NCBI GenBank assembly: GCA_963778115.1
Contig: CAVZSV010000004.1
Location: 1,216,001-1,280,000, forward strand
DNA from: an uncultured delta proteobacterium
GTDB lineage: Bacteria > Bdellovibrionota > FAC87 > UBA2466
Direction: 5' to 3'
Length of the DNA: 64,000 nucleotides
The translations under genes were made by a program, and so were the position numbers. Below the pieces are notes generated by a model. The model ran no database searches. It was not told the origin of the DNA and was given only the letters and a program-made list of their open reading frames with translations. This document shows, in pieces, positions 29,006 through 38,817 of this stretch; positions within the stretch are counted from its first letter, which is position 1, and each line of letters starts with the position of its first letter.

Positions 29006-30192
29006 AAGTAGTACTTCACTGCAACGTAAGTCAGGTCCGGCAGACCCATTTGGATCTGAGGGGCAACCGGCAGCAGGTATCGTCCTCCGAACTCGGCCGT
29101 TTCACCCCCAATATTGAGAAACTGGCCTGCCATGAGATCCACGTTTTGCCATAAAGAGAAATTAAGATAGAAATGAATGAGAAACGAAGGATCGGCGACA
29201 TTCGCGATAAGTAACAAATTAGTTTTTAATCGGGCCGTAGTATCCCAAGTTACTGTCGCCCCGGCATAATATTTTCCTTGGTATGGAGCTGGCAAGTGGA
29301 CCGGTGCTTGCAATAAATAAGGCTTAATCCCGCCAAAACCGTTATAAAACACTTCAAACTGGGCGCTCCACGTAGCTGAAAAAACGGTGTCAAAGCCCAC
29401 TAACCCCTGGGCGTACTGAGCCCCATTGTCGTCATAGCCTACGAGTTCCGCTCGGATTAATGACTCTCCGATATTTCCCGCGGTTTCTAGACCAATATAC
29501 ATTTTGTCATCCGATCGGCCGGTAGTTAGAGCCACATCAAAGCCATTCTTGGTCCCTTTGGCGCGAAGATGAAAGTCACTATTTTGTTCGCCGGGGACCC
29601 TAGGGAGAAATCTACCCTCGAGGACTAAAGGGCCATCCCAAATGACGGTGGCGGCATCTTCGGTAACGGGGTATTCGGGATCGACAATAACAAAGGGATA
29701 GCGAGGCACTTGTGAAACAGCATTAAAAATATGGCCAACTCCGGTCGCAATCACTTGCTTTCCTAGTCGGACTTCCACCGGAGCCCAGTTAAACTGCACA
29801 TAGGCCCTATCGATGCGAGTGTTGATGAGAGTCTGATTATTATTCACCAGATTCCAAGAAGCGTTCCAGGCTGGAACAGGATTGTAAGAGGGAACCGTAA
29901 GCGACGACGCATTCGCCTTTTGGTAAAAGAGAGAGGTTTGATCGGCAAATTCCGCCAAAAACCAATCTTTGGATAGGGTAGCTTGAAGACGCAACCGCTG
30001 CTCGGTCAGAGGCTCGGTATTACTTTGATAGATATTAGTTTGGTTAAGCCATTCGATCTCTCCTATCGATTTATAGGAGCCGCTGACGTCAAGATTCCAG
30101 GGGGAGGAACTTGAGGTATCTTTCGCTCGGCGCCTGGTTTCAGGCCGCCCTTCGCAGGGTAGGATCGACCAAAGGCACACGAACCACAGCAT
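29002..30192 (-). CDS. Outer membrane beta-barrel protein of the ABC/LolA-like operon
   Basis: RIDRAYV...RLGKQ motif, amphipathic strands and C-terminal YYF. Probable ATG at 30192. Confidence 0.75.
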   Translation of the reverse strand: MLWFVCLWSILPCEGRPETRRRAKDTSSSSPWNLDVSGSYKSIGEIEWLNQTNIYQSNTEPLTEQRLRLQATLSKDWFLAEFADQTSLFYQKANASSLTVPSYNPVPAWNASWNLVNNNQTLINTRIDRAYVQFNWAPVEVRLGKQVIATGVGHIFNAVSQVPRYPFVIVDPEYPVTEDAATVIWDGPLVLEGRFLPRVPGEQNSDFHLRAKGTKNGFDVALTTGRSDDKMYIGLETAGNIGESLIRAELVGYDDNGAQYAQGLVGFDTVFSATWSAQFEVFYNGFGGIKPYLLQAPVHLPAPYQGKYYAGATVTWDTTARLKTNLLLIANVADPSFLIHFYLNFSLWQNVDLMAGQFLNIGGETAEFGGRYLLPVAPQIQMGLPDLTYVAVKYYF

Positions 30193-30898
30193 CAGGTACC
30201 GAAGCTCCCGGCGCTGTTTGTCGGCGCAAGTTATCCGATTTGATCCGTCCGTCGGAAATTTCAAGTATTCGGTCTGCAATCCTCAGTACCATAGGATCGT
30301 GGGACGAAAAAAGGAAGGTGATCTTTTTTGTCTCGTTTAAGGTTCTAAATAATAGCAGAAGCCGCTCGGCAGTCGTCGAATCTAAGTTGGCCGTGGGCTC
30401 GTCGGCGAAGACGATCTTGGGTTCGGACACTATCGCGCGAGCAATGGCCACTCGCTGCTGCTGTCCCCCAGATAGTTGGGCGGGAAAACGCTTTCCCAGG
30501 CCTTTCATTCCCACCTCTTCCAAAGCCATTTCAGCCAGTTGCTTGCGCTTTTTCGGAGAGAACCCTTTGAGGGCCAGCTGATATTCCACATTCTCTAAAG
30601 CAGTAAGAACGGGAAACAGATTATAGGATTGAAAGACAAAACCTACCGACTTTCGACGCAGCAAGGTCAACCGATTACCGTCCATTTGGGTGAGATCTTT
30701 TTCCAGAAGAAGTACCTTTCCCTTGGAAGGGAGATTTAAGCCGGCAGCTAAGTTCAAAATGGTCGATTTCCCGGATCCCGAGGGTCCGGCCAGAGCGGTA
30801 AATTCGCCCTGCTTAACGGTAAACGACACCTCTTTCAGAGCAGTGGCAGTCGTCCCGTACTCTTTAGAAACCTCATTAAATACAAGAACGTCGCCCAT
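30140..30898 (-). CDS. ABC transporter ATP-binding protein (LolD/MacB-type)
   Basis: GPSGSGKS, GFVFQSYNL, LSGGQQQRV, ADEPTANLD and SSHD. Confidence 0.95.
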   Translation of the reverse strand: MGDVLVFNEVSKEYGTTATALKEVSFTVKQGEFTALAGPSGSGKSTILNLAAGLNLPSKGKVLLLEKDLTQMDGNRLTLLRRKSVGFVFQSYNLFPVLTALENVEYQLALKGFSPKKRKQLAEMALEEVGMKGLGKRFPAQLSGGQQQRVAIARAIVSEPKIVFADEPTANLDSTTAERLLLLFRTLNETKKITFLFSSHDPMVLRIADRILEISDGRIKSDNLRRQTAPGASVPDAVVRVPLVDPTLRRAA

Positions 30899-30921
30899 AG
30901 TTCCTCTTCTTTAGTCTCTCA

Positions 30922-32163
30922 TTAGTGAGCTCTTAAAGCTTCTACCGCTCGCATCTTTGCAATGTGCCGTATGGGAAATATCGACACGGCCAGCGAGAGC
31001 GCTAAAATGCAGACGGTAATCATGACGCTGTTGCCCCAACGAACGGTAGGATAACTAATGGTTTGGATGATAGTCCCTTGCACTACGATGCTCTGGCTGG
31101 TGAGCCAACGCAGATCAAAACCATACTTATTAAAGTAAAGGGTAATGCCAATCCCCAGCACATTGCCCAAGATGACACCGACTCCGCTTAGCAGCATTGT
31201 CTCCATCATCACCATTTGGATCACTTCAGCTTTTAAGGTTCCTATGGCCATCATCACGCCAAACTCTCGGGTTCTTTCCATAATGCTCATTAAAATGGAA
31301 TTAGCGATTCCCATGGCCGCTACAAAGAGGATGATGATCATTAGCAATCGATTGGCACTCTTATTCAACTCGATCATCGCCATCAAAGGTCTTTGTATTT
31401 CCTTCCAAGACATCATCTGAACATGCGAACCTTTGGGAAAGGCCGACCGGAAATCGTTATAGACAGGGTCTAGATCGGTCTCTTGATGCAACACTACTGA
31501 GACCTGATGGACCGCGTGAGGAGGAAGGCTAAGGAGCATGCGTGCATCATTGATATTAATGAACGCTAAGGACTTATCCGCATCGCTTTGGGTTTCGAAA
31601 ATCCCTGCCACGTGAAACAGCTCGTTTCCGATGGATCCATCCACTCCTTGAGTAAGGGCCACGACTTTAGAACCTACTTCGACTTTAAGCAGACGGCTCA
31701 GAGCTTTCCCTAACAGAATAGTTTTGTCCTTTCCTGGTTCTAGATATTTCCCCTTGGTGATGTTAGCCGCAAAGCGTGTCACATGCCTTTCTCTTTTGGG
31801 ATCGATTCCCATAAAGAGAATATTGGCCGAACCCATCGCGGAAGAAACTAGGCCCTGTACCACCACACGTTCGCTAATGGCTTTTACTTCCGGGCGATCC
31901 ATTAACCACTTTTCGACACGTTCCGGATTTTTGAGATACAAAGAGGGTTGAGTCTTAGTCTGATATCCAGGAAATCCAACTACCAAATGGCCGCTTTGGT
32001 ATCGAATGACGTTGTGAATGACCTGTTCATGAAATCCGTCGTAATAGTTATAAATTCCGACTAATGCCATCACCCCAAAGCCTATTGCATTTACGGTGAG
32101 TAAAGTGCGGCGCTTATTACGCCAAATATTCTTCCAGCAAAGTTTTAATACAAAAAAATCCAT
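30922..32163 (-). CDS. ABC transporter permease (LolC/E, FtsX-like)
   Basis: WKNIWRNKRRTLLT, large periplasmic loop, MERTREFGVMMAIG and C-terminal VEALR. Confidence 0.93.
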   Translation of the reverse strand: MDFFVLKLCWKNIWRNKRRTLLTVNAIGFGVMALVGIYNYYDGFHEQVIHNVIRYQSGHLVVGFPGYQTKTQPSLYLKNPERVEKWLMDRPEVKAISERVVVQGLVSSAMGSANILFMGIDPKRERHVTRFAANITKGKYLEPGKDKTILLGKALSRLLKVEVGSKVVALTQGVDGSIGNELFHVAGIFETQSDADKSLAFININDARMLLSLPPHAVHQVSVVLHQETDLDPVYNDFRSAFPKGSHVQMMSWKEIQRPLMAMIELNKSANRLLMIIILFVAAMGIANSILMSIMERTREFGVMMAIGTLKAEVIQMVMMETMLLSGVGVILGNVLGIGITLYFNKYGFDLRWLTSQSIVVQGTIIQTISYPTVRWGNSVMITVCILALSLAVSIFPIRHIAKMRAVEALRAH

Positions 32164-32167
32164 AGAA

Positions 32168-33043
32168 TTAGTGAAACCAGCTAGAAGGAAGATGGTTAAA
32201 CATCCATCCTGCGGTAATCACTTTCCCTTCCTGAGCGTTCTTACGCAACTGATCTCGGCTAAAGATCGATTCAGAAACTTCGCGATCGTAGACAATCTTT
32301 TCGTAAGTAATTACGGTCATGCCGCCGGAGCCGTCCGCCATTCGAACGGTAAGCTGTGAAGGAACTACGCGATCATCCATTTTCTTAAAGCGGTCCATGA
32401 AGAGGGTTCGGACCAGTTTTCCTTTTTCGTCGTAAAAAGCTTCTCGAACGGGGAGTTTATCGGAAGTGCGCGCGAAATACAGAATTTTGCCCCAAACCAC
32501 CGGAGCATTGGGTTTGGGAATGCACTGAATTTGGACGACCCGCTCTTTTCCAAGCATTCCGTATTTCATGATCGTGTGGCGGTAGTCCCGGGCCAAGCTG
32601 CTAGCCTTCATGAGATCGTCATTAGTGAAATCACTACCCATCCAGGACTGCAACATGAGTGAAGTAGGAACCCGTACCACTTGATCTGTCTTAGGAAGAT
32701 AGTTCCACATCTCCCCTTCATTCCGAAGGGACGATACGCCCTCTTCCTTAACAGGGTCTAAAATCTCAACCATCGCGTGATCCGATCCTCGGCTCCAGGA
32801 TCTTATTCTGAGCGAGCGCGTGAACGAGGGACGCCGGATATCCATCTTCATTACCGATTGCGTGCTCATTCCCCGAAGTCGGGCCTCTCCGTAAAGAACA
32901 TAGTCGACGGCCTTCAACGCCGGGCCGAGCTTTGGCTTTGAGGGTTGAGCCGCATAGGCTGTGCCCGACTGAGTTCCAAATGCACCAGACATGAAAAGAA
33001 AGAGTGAAAGAAGGGTGGGTATCATGTGTTGAAGTTTATGCAA
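32168..33043 (-). CDS. LolA-like outer membrane lipoprotein-sorting protein
   Basis: Signal peptide, MWNYLP, SWMGSDFTNDDL and FYDEKGKLVR motifs. Confidence 0.88.
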   Translation of the reverse strand: MHKLQHMIPTLLSLFLFMSGAFGTQSGTAYAAQPSKPKLGPALKAVDYVLYGEARLRGMSTQSVMKMDIRRPSFTRSLRIRSWSRGSDHAMVEILDPVKEEGVSSLRNEGEMWNYLPKTDQVVRVPTSLMLQSWMGSDFTNDDLMKASSLARDYRHTIMKYGMLGKERVVQIQCIPKPNAPVVWGKILYFARTSDKLPVREAFYDEKGKLVRTLFMDRFKKMDDRVVPSQLTVRMADGSGGMTVITYEKIVYDREVSESIFSRDQLRKNAQEGKVITAGWMFNHLPSSWFH

Positions 33044-33108
33044 TTAGCGCAAAGATAAAATGCTTGATTTGTGGAAACTTTCTCACCGCTTCGAGAAAAG
33101 CCACCCAT

Positions 33109-33124
33109 TGTGAACAAAACCACA
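33109..33124. promoter_or_regulatory. CRP-like box in the divergent intergenic region
   Basis: TGTGA-N6-CCACA, one mismatch to TGTGA-N6-TCACA. Confidence 0.3.
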
Positions 33125-33171
33125 TGATCCGAACATTCAAACCTCATTAATGTGGAGGAAGATAGCTTAAT

Positions 33172-34347
33172 GTGACAGCAATCTCCGTCATTTTTGTTAT
33201 TGCTTGGGTTTTCGCCGCAGCAACCATGATGGCGGGGACCTGGCTTGCCGTTCGCTCCTTCTCTCGTCGTCTAAAGAATTCTAAATCGCTTCCGCCTGTT
33301 TCGGTCTTGAAGCCTCTCACCGGGATAGAACCAGGCCTTAGGAAAAATCTAGAAAGCTTTTTCTTGCAAGATCACCCCAATTTTGAATTGATCTTTTGTG
33401 TCGCTGACAAATCGGACTCTTCGTGTTTCATCGTTAAGCGATTAATGTCTCGCTACCCCAAAGTCAAAGCGCGTCTCATCGTGAGCAATAAAGAGGTCGG
33501 GCCAAATCCAAAAGTAAATAATCTCTATGGAGCCTACTATCGCGCCATTTACGATCACATCGTGATCAGCGATAGTAACGTACGAGTTCCCCCGCACTAC
33601 TTGCGCGAAATGGTATCGAATCTACGGCCCGATGTGGGTGTCGTCACCTCACTGGTTACCGCAACCGGAGTCCAAGGATTAGGCGGCCATTTGGAAGCGG
33701 CCTACTTAAATACAGTTTTGGCTAGGCTAATGCCTATCGGCCACTTTTTTGGGCTGCCACTCGTTTTGGGAAAGTCCATGCTTTTACGCCGCTCCATTGC
33801 AGAACAATTTGGAGGATTGGATTTTCTAGGAAGGTATTTAGCGGAAGACTATATGACTGGAGTCGCTATGAAGGAGCTGGGCCTTAAAGTGGCTTTAGCA
33901 CCCACCCCCGTGGAACAGTACATCGGCAATCGAACCATGAAAACTTTCTGGAGCCGGCACGTTCGTTGGGGAAGGCTTCGCAAAGCCCACGCCTTTTGGG
34001 GATATTTGATAGAGCCAATCTTAGGAGTCGTCCTTCCGGGATTGCTCGGAGCGTGGGGAATGCACACGCTTGTGGGACTGGGCTTTTGGACCGTATTTTT
34101 TTTCCACTTCGTCCTATGCGCCACTTGTGACGTTATCATTTTCGCCGAGGCCCCCACCCGAGGGACCGCTCCCAATGCCTTTCTCTTTGCCGGCGCCTGG
34201 TTTCTTAGAGAATGGCTCGCAATTCCGTTGTGGGTACACACTCTATTCGGCAAGACCGTAGAATGGCGCGGCCGACGTTTGGAACTTAAAGCTGGCGGAA
34301 CGCTTCGAATGGCTAAGAGTGCCAAACGCGGGACGCAGTCGCGGTAG
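33172..34347 (+). CDS. Ceramide glucosyltransferase / HpnI-like glycosyltransferase (GT21-like)
   Basis: N-terminal TM, PVSVLKPL, NPKVNNL, ISDSN, GKSML, LAEDY, RHVRW and VEWRG. Confidence 0.9.
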   Translation: MTAISVIFVIAWVFAAATMMAGTWLAVRSFSRRLKNSKSLPPVSVLKPLTGIEPGLRKNLESFFLQDHPNFELIFCVADKSDSSCFIVKRLMSRYPKVKARLIVSNKEVGPNPKVNNLYGAYYRAIYDHIVISDSNVRVPPHYLREMVSNLRPDVGVVTSLVTATGVQGLGGHLEAAYLNTVLARLMPIGHFFGLPLVLGKSMLLRRSIAEQFGGLDFLGRYLAEDYMTGVAMKELGLKVALAPTPVEQYIGNRTMKTFWSRHVRWGRLRKAHAFWGYLIEPILGVVLPGLLGAWGMHTLVGLGFWTVFFFHFVLCATCDVIIFAEAPTRGTAPNAFLFAGAWFLREWLAIPLWVHTLFGKTVEWRGRRLELKAGGTLRMAKSAKRGTQSR

Positions 34348-34350
34348 ACT

Positions 34351-34406
34351 AAAGGTATCCGTTACATTCAGTCCACTTCATTGGACTGGAAGTAACGGAT
34401 ACCTTT
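34351..34406. repeat. 56-bp hairpin between convergent genes (REP-like element or bidirectional terminator)
   Basis: 15-bp perfect arms AAAGGTATCCGTTAC/GTAACGGATACCTTT with an inner CAGTCCA/TGGACTG stem. Confidence 0.85.
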
Positions 34407-34411
34407 CGGGT

Positions 34412-36145
34412 TTATTGCCGCTTTTGCTTTTCCAACGCCGCGGCTAAATTGCGGCGCGTGTCCGGGAAGTCGGGATCGAGGGCCTGGGCTTTCTGATAAT
34501 GGGAGACCGCCTCTGCTATCTGTCCTCGACTCGCGAGTGCTAAGCCCAGATTATTTTCGGTTTCCGCCGAAGGTTCCAATTCCAATGCCCGAGTGTAATG
34601 GACGACTGCCTCGTCGATTTGTCCTAGATTGGCCAACGCAAGTCCCAGATTGCTGTGGGCTGCTGCATTGTCCGGTTCGATTTCTAGGGCCTTGCGTAGA
34701 TAAACGCTAGCAGCCTGAAACTTCCCTTGGCGTCCTAGTGTAATTCCCAGATTGTTATAGGCTCCCAAGTGGTCCGGCTTAATTTCCAAAGCCTTCTGGT
34801 AACTAGTAATAGCACTGTCTAAATCCCCTTGGGCCGCTAGAGCATTGCCTAAATTGTAATGAGCCTTCGGACTTGCCTCAGCACCGTTATCAATCGCGCT
34901 TTGCCAAAGTCTCGCGGGATCCGACCAAAGATCGATTGGCGAACTTGACGCGATAGCAAGCCCCACCCCCAAAAACAAAGCGCAGAGTAACGGGAAGAAA
35001 ACTGATTTTGGATTACTCTTTGGGAAGGGGAAATGGGCAATGCAGATAGAGAGAATAATTCCCAATGCTACATTGGGAACGTAGCCATACCTATCGGCAA
35101 AGAGAGTCCCTTCCGTTCTGGAAGCTGCGATTCCCGGTAGCAGCAGAAAGATTACCGTTAGGAGCAAGACGCCTAACGGCCTCTGTTTTGTTCTGCCCAG
35201 ACAGAAGATCGTAGCCGCTACTAAGCTGATGCCCAGGGCAATTTCCATCCCAGTAGCAATCGAAGGATCGTAGATAAGAGAGAACCCTGTGGGAACAAAT
35301 ATTTTCTCTGTATAGAAGCCTAAATAGGCGGGAACCAATCTCACCGTGCCGAGCCAGGAAGTGACCCCGCCCTTGGGAATCTGGGAACGGGACCAAAGCG
35401 CCATTCCAAAATCGCAAACCGAAAGCAGCCAAAAAGGCCAGTCTTGGACGAACGTTCGGTAGGTAACTTTCTCCGATCGATCTTTAGTCATTCTAAGCAA
35501 AATTAAGACGGCCGGGAGAGAGACAGAGATACTCTTCGAAAGCAAAGACAGCGCAAACAGGGCAATACTCAATCGATACCAACCCCTCCCTTCCGACGGC
35601 TCCAGCGCTTTAAGAAAACATAGAACCGATAATCCCGCCCACATAATAGACAGCAAATAAGGCTGGCAGGAGGCCCAAATGACCGTCTCACATTGCATAG
35701 GGTGAAGGGCAAAAAATAAAGCACCGCAGAAGGCTATGATACTTTCTTTGGTTCCTTTCAGATGGAATAGTTTGAGGAAGAGAACAAAAGTGATTAGGGA
35801 ATTGGCAACGTGAAGCAAAAGACTGACGAAATGGATCAGCGGGGCTGGATTTTGGGGGGCTACCGCGTATTGCAGTTGAAGGAGAATCCAACTAATCGGC
35901 TGGTAAACATCCAGATGTCTTGTCGTCCAGGCCCAAGTTAAATGAGAGACATCAAATTTCCCTTTTACCCAGGGATTTACGATGAAATTGGTCTCGTCGT
36001 CCCAATTGACGAATCCAAAGTGCAAGACCGAATAAAACACCGAGAGAACCACCACACATAAAAGGACCGCCCACGGCAGTGAACTTTTCCATGTCGGAGC
36101 TTTCTTAATAGGCTTTTTCTTTTTCAAAGGGCACATGAATGACAC
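34412..36145 (-). CDS. TMTC-like membrane protein (GT-C-like) with C-terminal TPR repeats
   Basis: FVNWDD, YQP, LFFALHP..CETVIW, LLSK and ADRYGY, followed by about five TPRs (AHYNLGNAL, AYNNLG, AHSNLG). Confidence 0.85.
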   Translation of the reverse strand: MSFMCPLKKKKPIKKAPTWKSSLPWAVLLCVVVLSVFYSVLHFGFVNWDDETNFIVNPWVKGKFDVSHLTWAWTTRHLDVYQPISWILLQLQYAVAPQNPAPLIHFVSLLLHVANSLITFVLFLKLFHLKGTKESIIAFCGALFFALHPMQCETVIWASCQPYLLSIMWAGLSVLCFLKALEPSEGRGWYRLSIALFALSLLSKSISVSLPAVLILLRMTKDRSEKVTYRTFVQDWPFWLLSVCDFGMALWSRSQIPKGGVTSWLGTVRLVPAYLGFYTEKIFVPTGFSLIYDPSIATGMEIALGISLVAATIFCLGRTKQRPLGVLLLTVIFLLLPGIAASRTEGTLFADRYGYVPNVALGIILSICIAHFPFPKSNPKSVFFPLLCALFLGVGLAIASSSPIDLWSDPARLWQSAIDNGAEASPKAHYNLGNALAAQGDLDSAITSYQKALEIKPDHLGAYNNLGITLGRQGKFQAASVYLRKALEIEPDNAAAHSNLGLALANLGQIDEAVVHYTRALELEPSAETENNLGLALASRGQIAEAVSHYQKAQALDPDFPDTRRNLAAALEKQKRQ

Positions 36146-36148
36146 CGC

Positions 36149-37960
36149 TCACTTATGAGTAGGGCGATGAAATTTCCAAGAAGGGACACGATGTTTCTTT
36201 TTTTTCTGAGAAGAAAATCTTTCCCTTAGGGCCTTGCCTATCCACGTCAGTAACGAGAGCAAAGGAAGGGTCAGCCATAGAAGCAGGAAAATGACGTTAA
36301 AAATGATGAGCGTCTCCTGCCAATCGGGAACCGGCCACGCAGAACTATCTCCTGACAAAAATTTCTTGAAGGCCTCTCCATCGGTTTCCTTAACACGATC
36401 CCAAGGGTGACAACCGTAAAATTCTGGGTAAAGCAGACAGCCCGGATGATTGATATTATAGTACCCGTCGCGAATCGTAAAAACAGAGCCCGGTTGAACT
36501 TTCGTCAATAACCCTTCCAACCGATATCCAAAGATGGGTTCATAGCACGCCAGGGAAGAGTATCCTCCACGAGCCGCTTCAGAATCCGCTCCTAGGGTAG
36601 CTTCGACGCGTTGAATAGGGGGCAACGTCTCTCGGTTTTTTAGATCGGCGTAAATTTGAGGATCGTACTCGTAATCAAGTCCTGTCTTATTAGCGACGTA
36701 GAAATTGAAATATTCATACTCCTCAATACAAACCATCATCGAAAGCCCGATGAAAAACAGCGCCCTCCACTGAGTTTGACTTAGCCATTTTACTCGTCCT
36801 GCAAAATCGTTTAAGGCGGCGATACAACCCCAAATCAGTAAGGGAATGAGGGATCCAAAAAGCTTAATAGGATTGTGGTACTTCCTAAAGAAAGGAAGAT
36901 ACGAGTTTCCTCCCTTTCCCGAGGCGAGCAAGCAGACGAACCCTATTATCGCGGTGTAAAGAATGGCCAGAACGAGCTCTTTGGTGCTCTTTCTCAAAAC
37001 CGCGCGAATTAGCAGATACACTGGCCCTAGCAACGTAATCTTTGAGACAAAACCCACGAATTCCCAGATTCCAAATCGATATTTTCCGAAAAAAAGGCTC
37101 GAGACCACGTCCCAGGGATTCGCCCAAAAATAGCGAACGGTCGTAAGCCAAGGGCTGTCTGGAGTGAGATTGAAAGCAGTCGGATAAAAGAATGGAGAGT
37201 AGCGCAGGATAGCGGCTAATTTCCCCGAGCAGACCAAAGCGAAAGCAACCCCGAGGGAAAGGGCCAAGGATCCCAGACCAACAGTAATGTCTTTGAAGGA
37301 TTCTTCTTCAGAACAGAGACGATGGTAATACACAAGCGGCACCATGATGGCGGTTAGCAGCGAAAAAAGGATAAGCATGTGAATGCCGCCACTGTAGAAA
37401 GTATAGATCCAGATAAGATCAAACAGAAAACACTCGGTTATCAGATTGCGCCAGCGAGTCGGCGTTTTCTTAAAGAGAAAATAGAGAATCGCCGGGCACC
37501 ATAGATAGGGATGATGGGTGAGATGACCTACAAAGAGATTAGCGAAAATAAAGCCGTTTAAAATGAATAGCAGCGCTCCAAAGTGGGATACCGCTTTTTC
37601 ATAATGAAGCGAACGATGCAGCCACAGAAACATAAAGAAGTAGCCCATTGCGTAAAAAACTACGAGTGACAGGCGAACGGCCACGAGGGGGTCAATCCAA
37701 AAGGCCAGAAATTGCGGAAGCGAATAATACGAAGACTGGGGATCCGCAAAAATGGGAATGCCGCCACAAAAAGTGGCTGAGTAGTGAGGAACGGCCCATC
37801 CATTCTGCCAAAAGTACAACGCCCCGGAGACCATTCGGGGAAATTCTCGATAGTAGTCTTGTCCTAAATGCCCTGCGATAGGACCAAAAACAAACCACGC
37901 GGCAATGAGTAACAGCGAGGGAAAAAGAAGAGGAAGCGCCGTGGTGGATTTGGGTTTCAT
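36149..37960 (-). CDS. Polytopic membrane protein, possibly GT-C/YfhO-like
   Basis: Many TM segments and FCGGIPIFADPQS after TM1. Probable start MKPKS at 37960. Confidence 0.7.
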   Translation of the reverse strand: MKPKSTTALPLLFPSLLLIAAWFVFGPIAGHLGQDYYREFPRMVSGALYFWQNGWAVPHYSATFCGGIPIFADPQSSYYSLPQFLAFWIDPLVAVRLSLVVFYAMGYFFMFLWLHRSLHYEKAVSHFGALLFILNGFIFANLFVGHLTHHPYLWCPAILYFLFKKTPTRWRNLITECFLFDLIWIYTFYSGGIHMLILFSLLTAIMVPLVYYHRLCSEEESFKDITVGLGSLALSLGVAFALVCSGKLAAILRYSPFFYPTAFNLTPDSPWLTTVRYFWANPWDVVSSLFFGKYRFGIWEFVGFVSKITLLGPVYLLIRAVLRKSTKELVLAILYTAIIGFVCLLASGKGGNSYLPFFRKYHNPIKLFGSLIPLLIWGCIAALNDFAGRVKWLSQTQWRALFFIGLSMMVCIEEYEYFNFYVANKTGLDYEYDPQIYADLKNRETLPPIQRVEATLGADSEAARGGYSSLACYEPIFGYRLEGLLTKVQPGSVFTIRDGYYNINHPGCLLYPEFYGCHPWDRVKETDGEAFKKFLSGDSSAWPVPDWQETLIIFNVIFLLLWLTLPLLSLLTWIGKALRERFSSQKKKKHRVPSWKFHRPTHK

Positions 37961-38080
37961 AGGAGGGAATCTAAATTTTGACAGTTCCGCCCGTCGGAAG
38001 CAACCCCGACTGAGGCGGACCAAAAATTATCAGTATACCCTCAAGATATAAAAGGGTTACGAGCCTAACGTTTCAGCTCT

Positions 38081-38095
38081 TGAAACACTGTTTCA
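38081..38095. promoter_or_regulatory. Perfect dyad TGAAACA-C-TGTTTCA, candidate operator
   Basis: 7-1-7 inverted repeat in a divergent intergenic region, upstream of the operon containing the TIGR02147-like HTH gene. Confidence 0.6.
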
Positions 38096-38168
38096 GAAAT
38101 GGTATTCACTCCGCCTACGCATTGCGTTACATAACTGCCAACACAAAACCCTAACTAAGGAGTTAACG

Positions 38169-38813
38169 ATGAAAGCGGTTTTATTGGCAGTAATTGGTTG
38201 TCTGTTCGCGAATGTAGCGTTTGCGGCTTCAGACTCAGGTTCATCCATTGGTTTTCAAGGGAGTCTGAACTTTTCAAGTTCGAATATGAGTGACATGGTT
38301 AATCGAACTTTCACAGCAGGCGGAATCGAAACCGGAAGCCGAACCGGATTCATGTTCGGAATTCGAAATGAGATTCCTGTAAGTAGCTATTTCTCGCTTC
38401 AACCTGAACTCATGTACACGCAAAAAGGATTTTCTATGAACGTGGGAAGTGTACCGGGATCGGCTAGTCTCGATTACCTCTCCACGGCTTTCCTTGCGCG
38501 CGTCAATATCATCCCTGAAGGAGTGATAAGACCTTACGCTTACGCCGGTCCAGAAGTCGGAATTAACGTCGGCTCGGATACTTCGTTCTCCGCCGGTGGA
38601 ACTAAAGTGCTAGTTCCGATTAGCTATAGTCTAATCGATCTCGATCTCGACATGGGAGCAGGCCTTGAAGCCAGCGTCGGAAGCGGCGTCTCGCTGTTCA
38701 CCGAATTTCGCTACTCCCTCGGATTGAACAACGTGCTTTCCAATCCGAAACCCGGTGCTTCCATTTCGACTTCAACCTTTCAAGCGATTGCAGGATTGAA
38801 ATTGAACATCTAA
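38169..38813 (+). CDS. Outer membrane beta-barrel protein, paralog of 18211-18855
   Basis: AAGGAG RBS, signal peptide, FSLQPELMYTQKG, AGPEVG and EFRYSLG. Confidence 0.85.
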   Translation: MKAVLLAVIGCLFANVAFAASDSGSSIGFQGSLNFSSSNMSDMVNRTFTAGGIETGSRTGFMFGIRNEIPVSSYFSLQPELMYTQKGFSMNVGSVPGSASLDYLSTAFLARVNIIPEGVIRPYAYAGPEVGINVGSDTSFSAGGTKVLVPISYSLIDLDLDMGAGLEASVGSGVSLFTEFRYSLGLNNVLSNPKPGASISTSTFQAIAGLKLNI

Positions 38814-38817
38814 CGCC

